DNA of 64,000 nucleotides from Fidelibacterota bacterium (lineage in GTDB: Bacteria > Fidelibacterota > Fidelibacteria > Fidelibacterales > DSDE01): positions 1-64,000 of the forward strand of contig JBJKQR010000027.1 in the NCBI GenBank assembly GCA_046735395.1, written 5' to 3'. The position numbers and the translations under genes were made by a program. Positions within the stretch are counted from its first letter, which is position 1. Every line of letters begins with the position of its first letter. Below are positions 19,303 to 28,116 of the stretch, in pieces. The notes under the pieces were generated by a model, which saw only the letters and a list, made by a program, of their open reading frames with translations, searched no databases and was not told the DNA's origin.

Positions 19303-20658
19303 TCAAATAATGTTCAGTTCCTGAAGCCGCCGGTATAAGGTCGGCTCCGATATTGCCAGAAATTTCGCCGTTTTTCCCCGGTGATTGTTAAAGCGTTCCA
19401 GCGCGGACAGGATATAATTCTTCTGGAACATTTTCGTGGCTTCGTCCAGAGAGCGGTTGCTGTCGATAATGCTGGCCTTCAGATTTTTCTCATACAGATA
19501 GGGGGGAAGCACTGATATATCTATCATTTCGGAATCACAGAAGATCATGGCCCGTTCAATGATATTTTCCAGTTCACGGACTTCGCCGCGCCAGTCGGCA
19601 TTCATCAGGACCTTCATGGCATCATGAGTCATGCCCCGGATATTTTTTCCCAGCTCCTTGTTGAAGCGGCTGATGAAATGGTTGGTGAGCAGGGGAATGT
19701 CATTCTGGCGTTCCTTCAGTCCGGGCAGGCGGATATTGACTACGTTCAGCCTGTAGTACAGATCTTCCCTGAAATTCTTGTTTTCGATTTCCTTTTCCAG
19801 ATTCTTGTTGGTGGCGGCGATAATCCGGACATTGACTTTCAGCGGTTTGCTGCGACCGAGGGGGAGGATTTCCTTCTGTTCGATGGCGCGCAGCAGCTTC
19901 ATCTGAAAATTGGGAGAGATTTCGCCGATTTCATCAAGGAACAGGGTCCCGTTCTGAGCCAGCTGGAAGGTTCCGGGATAATCCTGAACGGCGCCGGTGA
20001 AAGCGCCTTTCCGGTATCCGAACAGTTCACTTTCGATGAGTGTGTCCGGGATGGCGCTGCAGTTCAGACTGATGAAGGGATGGTTCCGGCGTTTGCTGTT
20101 GTAGTGAATGGCGCGGGCTACCAGCTCCTTGCCGGTACCGCTGCGTCCGTTGATAAAAATATTACTGTCCGTGTTGCTGATCTTCGTGATGATCTGAAAT
20201 ACATCCTTCATGGCCGGGGACTGGCCGATGATATTGGCAAAATCATACTGATGGTTCATTTCCCGCCGCAGCCGGATATTTTCCTGCTCAAGCAGTTTAT
20301 GCTCCAGAAGCTTTTCCAGCTTGATGACCAGACCTTCGAATTTGAAGGGTTTGATGATAAAATCGTAGGCGCCTTTGCGCAGGGCCGTAATAGCGGATTC
20401 CATGGTGCCGTAGGCGGTAATGACGATAAAGAATATCTGCGGCGCGTAGGCCATGGTCTTTTCCATGAGGGTCAGGCCGTCCATGTCCGGCATTTCCAGA
20501 TCCGTGATCACCACATCGTAATGCTGTTCGCGGATGAGTTCGAAGGCCTGCCGGCCATCCGCAGCCTGATCACAGTTGAAACCCTTCTTGTTCAGGATGC
20601 TGAGCAGGGATTCACGGAAAATATCGTCGTCATCGACAATGAGAATTCTATTCAGCAT
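19303..20658 (-). CDS. Sigma-54-dependent response regulator (NtrC family)
   Basis: ILIVDDD receiver, GRSGTGKELVARAIH, GAFTGA, LFLDEIGE, FREDLYYRLNV, GEVRELEN, C-terminal Fis HTH. Confidence 0.95.
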   Translation of the reverse strand: MLNRILIVDDDDIFRESLLSILNKKGFNCDQAADGRQAFELIREQHYDVVITDLEMPDMDGLTLMEKTMAYAPQIFFIVITAYGTMESAITALRKGAYDFIIKPFKFEGLVIKLEKLLEHKLLEQENIRLRREMNHQYDFANIIGQSPAMKDVFQIITKISNTDSNIFINGRSGTGKELVARAIHYNSKRRNHPFISLNCSAIPDTLIESELFGYRKGAFTGAVQDYPGTFQLAQNGTLFLDEIGEISPNFQMKLLRAIEQKEILPLGRSKPLKVNVRIIAATNKNLEKEIENKNFREDLYYRLNVVNIRLPGLKERQNDIPLLTNHFISRFNKELGKNIRGMTHDAMKVLMNADWRGEVRELENIIERAMIFCDSEMIDISVLPPYLYEKNLKASIIDSNRSLDEATKMFQKNYILSALERFNNHRGKTAKFLAISEPTLYRRLQELNII

Positions 20659-21742
20659 TGACGGCCTCCTCCTGCGCAAGCGGCAGAACAAGATGAACGG
20701 AACTGCCTTTGCCCTCCGAGCTGTCGATCCAGATTCGTCCCTTGATGGCAGTAATGATGGTATGACACATCCACAATCCCAGGCCTGTACCGTTTTTCCC
20801 TTTTTTACGTGTGAAAAAAGGATCGAAAATATGAGGGAGAACTTCGGGTGAAATACCGCAGCCATTATCCTGAATATCGATGAATATTTTCCCGTCCCGG
20901 CATTCGGTGCTGATCACGATGATAGGCTCAGCCTCATCCTTCACCGCATCCCCCGCATTCAGCAGAATATTGATGAATACCTGAAGAACATGATCGAAAC
21001 TCAGTTGTATCAGCTGCATCGCCGGACAGAGATAGGTCTCGATCCGGACCTGTTTCAGATTCGAATCATAGTTAATGATGCGGATTGCTTCCATCATGAC
21101 CTTGTTGATGTCCACAGCCTCAATATTGGGCTGCATGGGGCGTCCCAGATCCACCAGCTGTCTCACCTTGTTGTTCAGGTATTCCATCTGCGTGGTCATC
21201 AGCCCGAGCTTTTCCAGGATGAAACTGTCTTCCGTATAATCTTCAAGTACCTGCACCAGTGAGATGATGGCATTGGTGGGCTTGGAAATGTCGTGAGCAA
21301 TGCCGGCGGCCATCCGCCCCATCGCCGACAATTTTTCACTCTGAGCCAGCTGAAGCTGAAGTTTCCGCCGTTCCGTCACATCACTCCCGAAAAAGTGATA
21401 GCTGAACTGGTGGCCGGTTTGATCATGAATAATCTTTTTAATGTTCCAGATGCCGTAGACCTGTTGATCTCCGAAGCTGATCAGAAAGGTGATATTCTGC
21501 AATTGGGCATGTCCGGTCAGCTGATCAATAATTTCTGATTCAACCTTCGGATCCACATCGAAATAGCGGAAAAAATTTTCGCCGCCCAAATCCTTCTTCA
21601 GGCCTGTGAAACTGTTGCGCAGCCAGCTGTTTACATCGAGAATGCGGAATTCCGGATCCAGAGCCAGATGGAAAAAATTTGCGGAGGATACGATTTCCAA
21701 GTCTTGCGGCCTGTCTTCCATTCTGTTCTGCGCATCACTCAT
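20648..21742 (-). CDS. Cytoplasmic PAS sensor histidine kinase
   Basis: PAS ending DVTERR, SEKLSAMGRMAAGIAHD, QVFINILLNA, DNGCG, PFFTRK, GTGLGL. Confidence 0.9.
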   Translation of the reverse strand: MSDAQNRMEDRPQDLEIVSSANFFHLALDPEFRILDVNSWLRNSFTGLKKDLGGENFFRYFDVDPKVESEIIDQLTGHAQLQNITFLISFGDQQVYGIWNIKKIIHDQTGHQFSYHFFGSDVTERRKLQLQLAQSEKLSAMGRMAAGIAHDISKPTNAIISLVQVLEDYTEDSFILEKLGLMTTQMEYLNNKVRQLVDLGRPMQPNIEAVDINKVMMEAIRIINYDSNLKQVRIETYLCPAMQLIQLSFDHVLQVFINILLNAGDAVKDEAEPIIVISTECRDGKIFIDIQDNGCGISPEVLPHIFDPFFTRKKGKNGTGLGLWMCHTIITAIKGRIWIDSSEGKGSSVHLVLPLAQEEAVNAE

Positions 21743-21877
21743 ATTCGAAAGATTATCCCCGGACTGTTTTGCTGTTCTGTTCCGAAATTACAGTAATTCT
21801 GACCAATTTCATAGAGGAAGATTGTCTATATAGAAATTCTGTTATGTTGCACGAACAGGTTCGTCATCAACACGAAA

Positions 21878-22726
21878 TCAGAATTTTTTTTCATAGGCGT
21901 GACAATAGGGCATGCCGTTCTTTTTCGCGTAATAATCCTGATGATAGTCTTCTGCAGGCCAGAAAGCTTCACGCGGACGCAGGTCCGTCACGACCTTGAA
22001 TCCCTTGTTCCGCAGGATTTCGATAAGCTGCTCTGCCGTGTCCTTCTGTTCCGGGTTGTCGTAGAAGAGGACGGAATGATACTGCTCACCGATATCCGGC
22101 CCCTGGCCGTCTTCCTGGCCCGGATCATGAGTTTCGAAAAACAGCCGGGTCAGCTCATCGTAACTGACCTGGTTGGCATCATAGGTAACGAGAATTGCCT
22201 CCACATGTCCTGTTTTACCCCCGCAGACCTCCTTGTAGGACGGGTTCTCCGTATGTCCGCCGGTGAAGCCGACGGTAGTGCTCAATACACCGGGCTTGCG
22301 GGAAAACTGGTATTCCACACCCCAGAAACAGCCGCTGGCATAGACCGCTGTTTCCAGCTTTGCGGAATTTCCGGCAGCCACGAAATCCATGGACAGCGAA
22401 TTCACGCAATGACGGGTGTTTTTCGGGGTCATGTTTTCCCCGCGGAAGACATGGCCGAGATGGCCCTCACAGCGTGCGCAGGTGATTTCTGTACGCTGTC
22501 CGTCGGCATCCGGCGTCTCCCGGACCGCGCCGGGAATGGCATTATCAAAGGATGGCCATCCGCAGCCGCTGTCAAATTTGCTGTCCGACACAAACAGCGC
22601 CTGGCCACAGTGACGGCAGCGATAGAGCCCCGTTTCTGAAAAGTTGTCATATTTGCCGCTGAACGGCGCTTCCGTACCCTTGCCGAGAATGATTCTCTCC
22701 TCTTCCGGACTGAGTTTATTGAACAT
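21878..22726 (-). CDS. msrAB: Bifunctional methionine sulfoxide reductase, MsrB-MsrA order
   Basis: KGTEAPF, CRHC, SGCGWPSF, CARC..HLGHVF, RHCVNS (MsrB); ASGCFWG, HVEAI, AEDYHQDY (MsrA). Confidence 0.93.
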   Translation of the reverse strand: MFNKLSPEEERIILGKGTEAPFSGKYDNFSETGLYRCRHCGQALFVSDSKFDSGCGWPSFDNAIPGAVRETPDADGQRTEITCARCEGHLGHVFRGENMTPKNTRHCVNSLSMDFVAAGNSAKLETAVYASGCFWGVEYQFSRKPGVLSTTVGFTGGHTENPSYKEVCGGKTGHVEAILVTYDANQVSYDELTRLFFETHDPGQEDGQGPDIGEQYHSVLFYDNPEQKDTAEQLIEILRNKGFKVVTDLRPREAFWPAEDYHQDYYAKKNGMPYCHAYEKKF

Positions 22727-22900
22727 CGCTTTATCCTTCGTCTGATTTGTGAAATTCATAGGGAAAAATACAAAAAACGTCTCATAATTCCCAGCAGGAA
22801 CAGGCCATGATGACTCACGGGACGCAGAATAAAAAAGCATTCAGTCACAGGGAAAAAGTATTAAATTAGGACACGAAAAATAAGAATGCCCGGGGGGAGA

Positions 22901-24334
22901 ATGACGAGTTTGAAAGAGAAGGAAACAGACAGGGAAAAGGCCTTTGATGCCTTCCTGAAGACATATCCTGACTATGGCGAAACGGCGGTTCTGGACATCC
23001 TGCGGGAGAAGGAATACGCGCGCCTTGATCAGCAGGGGCATGTCTATCTCGATTATACGGGCGGCGGACTCTATGCGGAAAGCCAGCTCCAGGCCCACCT
23101 GGAAATTCTCCGGTCCGGCGTATTCGGGAATCCCCATTCCGCCAATCCCACGTCCCTGGCAGCCACGGAGATGGTGGACCGGGTGCGGAATTTCGTCGCG
23201 GATTATTTTAAGGCATCCCGTGACGAGTACGAAGTAGTTTTTACCTCCAATGCCAGTTCCGCCATCAAACTTGTGGCGGAAGCCTATCCCTTCTGCAGTC
23301 ATTCCCGGCTGCTGCTGCTCTTTGATAATCATAACAGTGTGAATGGTATCCGTCAGTATGCTCATCACGAAGGGGCGGGAGTGGAATACCTGCCCATCTA
23401 TCCCCCCGATCTCCGGGCACGGGAAGAGGAACTGAAAGCCGGCCTGTCCCGGGTACAGGACGGCGGGAATCATCTGTTTGTCTATCCGGCACAGTCCAAT
23501 TTTTCCGGTGTGCAGCATCCGCTCGAATGGATCAGCATGGCCAAGGATGCCGGATGGGATGTGATGCTGGATGCGGCCGCCTATGTGTCCAGCAATGAAT
23601 TGGATCTGAGTGTCTGGAAGCCTGATTTTGTTCCGCTCAGCTTTTATAAAATGTTTGGGTATCCCACCGGAATCGGGGCGCTGCTCATCCGCCGTGAACA
23701 GCTGAAAAAGCTGAAAAGGCCCTGGTTCGCCGGCGGAACCATCAAGCTGGCCTCGGTTCAGGGCGAGGCGGTTCTCATGAATGAAGGACATGCGGGATTT
23801 GAGGACGGAACGGTCAATTATCTGGGATTTCCGGCTGTGGAAATCGGCCTCAGCCATCTGAAGAGCGTGGGCGTGAATACCATACATAAACGGGTCGTCA
23901 GCCTGGCAAAGTGGCTCATCAACAGGCTGACAGCGCTGCAGCACGACAGTGGTGTGAATCTGGTCAGCTTTTACGGGGACCCGGCCGATACGCGGCGCGG
24001 AGGAAATATTGCCATTAATCTCTATGACCGGCAGAATCAGCTGATAGATTTTCGCCATTTCGAAAAACTTGCCAATAAGGAGATGATATCCATCCGCACC
24101 GGATGTTTCTGCAACCCCGGCACCAGCGAATCCCTGTACGGAATTACCGGAAAGGAAATTCTGGAGATCATCGAGGAAAAGCATGGCGAAAGTTTTGATG
24201 ATTATCTGGAAATCATCCGGAACCAGGATGGAAAGAACGCCGGCGGAATCCGTATCAGTTTCGGGATTGCCAGCAATTTCAACGATGCCTGGAAGATCTA
24301 TTCATTTATCAGACGTTTTCTCGATATAGGATGA
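22901..24334 (+). CDS. Class V PLP enzyme resembling the NifS-like domain of molybdenum cofactor sulfurase
   Basis: YLDYTGGG, GNPHS, DNHNSVNGIR, YPAQSNFSG, LDAAA, SFYKMFGYPTG (PLP Lys), FEDGT, RTGCFCNPG. Confidence 0.8.
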   Translation: MTSLKEKETDREKAFDAFLKTYPDYGETAVLDILREKEYARLDQQGHVYLDYTGGGLYAESQLQAHLEILRSGVFGNPHSANPTSLAATEMVDRVRNFVADYFKASRDEYEVVFTSNASSAIKLVAEAYPFCSHSRLLLLFDNHNSVNGIRQYAHHEGAGVEYLPIYPPDLRAREEELKAGLSRVQDGGNHLFVYPAQSNFSGVQHPLEWISMAKDAGWDVMLDAAAYVSSNELDLSVWKPDFVPLSFYKMFGYPTGIGALLIRREQLKKLKRPWFAGGTIKLASVQGEAVLMNEGHAGFEDGTVNYLGFPAVEIGLSHLKSVGVNTIHKRVVSLAKWLINRLTALQHDSGVNLVSFYGDPADTRRGGNIAINLYDRQNQLIDFRHFEKLANKEMISIRTGCFCNPGTSESLYGITGKEILEIIEEKHGESFDDYLEIIRNQDGKNAGGIRISFGIASNFNDAWKIYSFIRRFLDIG

Positions 24335-24464
24335 TATGACGGGGTGGATAGGAAGCCTGTTCCTGTTTTCGGACAGGTCTTTTTCATAGAATTAGTCGTT
24401 AAAGTGATGTATTTTTCAATATGAATCAGCTAAACCTCCCGTTCTACAGAAAGTAATTCATAAA

Positions 24465-25526
24465 ATGCTGTCAGCCGTATTTTACAATCCCTATGAAGCG
24501 CTGGTCGTTGAAGAGCGGGAGATTCCGCGTGTCGGGCAGCGGGACATTCTGGTCAAGGTCAGGAGCTGTGCCATCTGCCACAGTGACCTGAGCTATATCG
24601 ACAGAGGAATGGCGACCCTTTCGCCGCCGCCTCTGGTACTGGGCCATGAAATCGCCGGTGAAGTGGTGGACGTGGGTGACCGTGTTCATGATTTTGAGAT
24701 CGGTGACCACGTGATCATTCCCGCGACGGTCAGCTGCGGAAACTGCGAAAAATGCAAGAAATGGGATGAAAGTTCCTGTGACAATCTGAGCTTTATGGGA
24801 AGCACCATCAATGGCGGCTTTACCCAGTTCATGGCCGTGGAGGAGCGGAATGCCGCCCGGATGCCCAGGGATCTGAGTTTCGAGGCGGGATCTCTGGTCA
24901 GCAATCTGTTCATCGGAGCCTATCATGCCGTGTTCGAACGGAGTATCATCAAGGACGGTGATAAGGTGGTGGTTTTCGGTGCCGGCGCCTACGGCCTCAG
25001 CATTCTGCAGATGGCGCTTCTGAAACACGCGGATGTGTACATGGTGGACATTTTCGACTGGAAACTGGATCTGGCGAGAAAATACGGCGCCCAGGGAATC
25101 CTGAATTCCAACAAGGTGAATGTCTGCGAGGAGGCGCTTCTGGACCTGCTGCAGGATAAGGCGGATGTGGTGGTGGATACGGTCGGAGCTCCGCGAACCC
25201 TCGTACAGGGTATCCGTGTTCTGAAAAAAGGCGGACAGCTCATGCTCTCCGGAAATTCCGATAATCAGTTTCCCTACCTTATCAACCAGATCGTTCTGAA
25301 TGAATTTACGCTGACCGGTGCGCTGTCAGCCCCGATTCACTGCGTGGAAAACGTGCTGAATCTCATTGAAAAGAAAAAGCTGCACTATGAGGAAATGATC
25401 ACACAGCGCTTTCATATCAAGGATATCAACAAGGGAATCAACGCTCTGAGAATGGGACAGAGTATCCGGACCATCATCCTGCCCTGGGAGGAGGACCTGC
25501 CTGCCCACGGGGACGGGGACGCATGA
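24465..25526 (+). CDS. Zinc-dependent medium-chain alcohol dehydrogenase
   Basis: ICHSDL, LGHE, CGNCEKC...C structural Zn site, VFGAGAYG. Confidence 0.9.
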   Translation: MLSAVFYNPYEALVVEEREIPRVGQRDILVKVRSCAICHSDLSYIDRGMATLSPPPLVLGHEIAGEVVDVGDRVHDFEIGDHVIIPATVSCGNCEKCKKWDESSCDNLSFMGSTINGGFTQFMAVEERNAARMPRDLSFEAGSLVSNLFIGAYHAVFERSIIKDGDKVVVFGAGAYGLSILQMALLKHADVYMVDIFDWKLDLARKYGAQGILNSNKVNVCEEALLDLLQDKADVVVDTVGAPRTLVQGIRVLKKGGQLMLSGNSDNQFPYLINQIVLNEFTLTGALSAPIHCVENVLNLIEKKKLHYEEMITQRFHIKDINKGINALRMGQSIRTIILPWEEDLPAHGDGDA

Positions 25527-26677
25527 AAGACCTCTTCCGATTCAATGATGAACTTCAGGATGAGGAACGGCTCTCCGTTACGGCGGCCGCCGAATTTGTC
25601 AGAGACCGGGTAAATCCCCTTATTGAAGATGCCTTTGCCCGCGGGGAATTCCCCGTTGAGCTCATTGAGGATCTGGCGGGAGCCGGATTTCTCGGTATTA
25701 TGGCAGAGGAAAAATACGGCGGTAGCCACGCTTCACCGCTTATTTACGGCCTGATCATGCGGGAGCTGGAAAAAGGTGATTCGGGACTGCGCAGTTTCGC
25801 TTCCGTGCAGAATTCTCTCGTCGTCTATCCCATATCCGCCTACGGCAGCAGTGAGCAGAAGGAACACTGGCTTCCCCGGCTTATCAGCGGACAGGCCATC
25901 GGCTGTTTCGGCCTGACCGAAGCTGATCACGGCAGTGATCCCGGAAGTATGAATAGCCGTGCAGTGAAAGTATCGGGCGGCTATCGCATCAGCGGCTCAA
26001 AAATGTGGATTACGAACGGCAGCCTGGCTCAGGTCTGTGTCCTCTGGGCCCGGACTGAAGAAGGCATTCGTGCATTTCTCGTCGATACGGCCACGAAAGG
26101 ATTCGGACGACAGCCAATTAAGAATAAATGGTCTCTCAGAGCTTCGGATACGGCCGAACTTTATTTTGACGATATGTTCGTGCCTGAGGATGCGCTGCTT
26201 CCCGGAACGAAGGGCCTGAAAAGCGCGCTGGCCTGCCTCACGAAAGCGCGTTTCGGGATTGCCTGGGGAACCCTCGGCCTGGCAGAAGCCTGTTATGACA
26301 TTGCCGCAGACTATGCAGCCCGGCGTATTCAGTTCGGGAAACCCATTGCCTCATTTCAGCTGGTTCAGGAAAAACTTGCCCAGTTCTATACGTCCATCCA
26401 GCAGGCTCTGTTTCTGAGCCTGAAAACGGCCCGCCTGATGGGCACGGAGCAGGAGAATCCTGTACAGATTTCCCTGATAAAACGCAGCAATACGGAGCTG
26501 GCCCGTCTGGCCGCCCGGACTGCCAGGGAGATCCTGGGTGCTGCAGGCATCAGCAGCGAATATCCATTAATGCGTTATATCATGAATATGGAGTCCGTCA
26601 TTACCTATGAAGGGACTTCAGATATTCATACACTCATTCTGGGCAAATATCTGACCGGAATTCAGGCTTTTTCCTGA
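25523..26677 (+). CDS. Acyl-CoA dehydrogenase, glutaryl-CoA dehydrogenase-like
   Basis: ELEKGDSGLRSFASVQNSL, GCFGLTEADHGSDP, GSKMWITNG, SLRASDTAEL, NMESVITYEGTSDIH. Confidence 0.88.
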   Translation: MKDLFRFNDELQDEERLSVTAAAEFVRDRVNPLIEDAFARGEFPVELIEDLAGAGFLGIMAEEKYGGSHASPLIYGLIMRELEKGDSGLRSFASVQNSLVVYPISAYGSSEQKEHWLPRLISGQAIGCFGLTEADHGSDPGSMNSRAVKVSGGYRISGSKMWITNGSLAQVCVLWARTEEGIRAFLVDTATKGFGRQPIKNKWSLRASDTAELYFDDMFVPEDALLPGTKGLKSALACLTKARFGIAWGTLGLAEACYDIAADYAARRIQFGKPIASFQLVQEKLAQFYTSIQQALFLSLKTARLMGTEQENPVQISLIKRSNTELARLAARTAREILGAAGISSEYPLMRYIMNMESVITYEGTSDIHTLILGKYLTGIQAFS

Positions 26678-26710
26678 AAAATTAATCAGCTATAACCGCA
26701 GGGAGGAATT

Positions 26711-28104
26711 ATGAATCTGACACTGGCATTCAGACTGGGAAAGCCGGCTGCCGAACTGCAGCGTTCAGATATTATTGCATTCATACAGCAGAACAAGATC
26801 CGTTACCTGTGTTTTCAGTATCTGGATCTGGAGAATACGATCCGGGAACTCATGATTCCTGTGAATTCCATCGAATATGCCCACCGGGTTCTGGCTGCGG
26901 GGGAGAGGGTGGACGGCTCCAGCCTTTTCAAGGGAATTATTCCATCAGGAGAAAGCGACCTGTACATCGTACCCCAGTATCACACCGCTACCTCAATCCT
27001 TTTGTCGAAAATACGGTGAATATCATCTGCAGTTTTCTGAACAAGGATGAACAGCCGGCTGAATTCACTCCCATGAATCTTCTGAAAAAATCCTGGGACC
27101 GGATTCTGGACACGCACGGCCTGGAATTGTGGGGCCTGGGAGAACTGGAATTTTATCTGCTGGGAACGCAGCTTTATGAGGATTATCTGCTGGATGCACA
27201 AAAGGGATACCAGCAGAGCTCGCCTTTTCTGAAATACTCTCATGTCAATATGGAAATCGGCAGTATTCTCAGTGATATCACCGGCAATATCAAATATGTG
27301 CATGCGGAGGTTGGCTATATCCGGGATCTGGCCTGGAAAGGCCGGAAATGTCATGCCGAGCAGTATGAAATTGAATTTTTACCGGCGCCTCTTCCCACGG
27401 CCGCTCTCAATCTGGCTCTTGCCAGGTGGATCGCCGAGAATGTGGCGGCAAAACATGAGCTGCAGATTTCCTTTCTGCCGAAAATTCAGGAAGGGCACGC
27501 CGGGACGGGACTCCATTTTCACCTGGAACTGCTGCGCGGAACTAATAATATCATGCGGACGGATGAGGGCCGGCTGTCACGGGAAGCGCTCGCCACCCTG
27601 AGCGGCCTCTGCGAATACGCTCCCAGCCTGACGGCCCTGGGCAACCGGCATGAGGCGTCCTACCGGCGTCTGGTACCCGACCAGGAGTCTCCCACTGTCG
27701 TGTACTGGAATGAACTGGACCGGAACGCACTCCTGCGTATTCCGCTGGCCTGGAAGAACGGCGAGGATCTGGCGTCTCTCATCAATCAGGGAAACCGGGA
27801 AAGTTACCACAGCCCCTTTCACCGGCAGACGGTGGAACTCCGCAGTGCAGACGGATCCGCCCATCATTTTTTGCTGCTGACCGGAATCTGCCGGGCTGTT
27901 CAGCATGGCCTGGATAATCTGGAGGAATTTGCGGAAAAGGCGGCCTATTACAACTCCCGTCATGATGACGCATTCCTGAAGCTGCCGGCCAGCTGTCATG
28001 AAAGCGCTCAGCTCTTCCGCAATTCACATCACCTGTATGATGATATCTTTAACGAAAAGATTATGAAATATATCAGCGATACGCTGGAAAAAATCGATTC
28101 CTGA
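26711..28104 (+). pseudogene. Glutamine synthetase family gene split by a single-base frameshift near 26989 (pseudogene or sequencing error)
   Basis: ORF 26711-27019 carries GERVDGSSLF...SDLYIVPQYHTA; the other frame continues YLNPF...ELEFYL, HAEVG, EQYEIEF, GHAGTGLHFH, SYRRLVP, VELRSADG. Confidence 0.8.
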
Positions 28105-28116
28105 TCAGGAGACTGC

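Noticed and set aside
21878..22726. Selenocysteine or stop-codon recoding in Msr or other genes
   Set aside because: Catalytic residues are Cys in open frames, and TGA/TAG act as normal stops in this window
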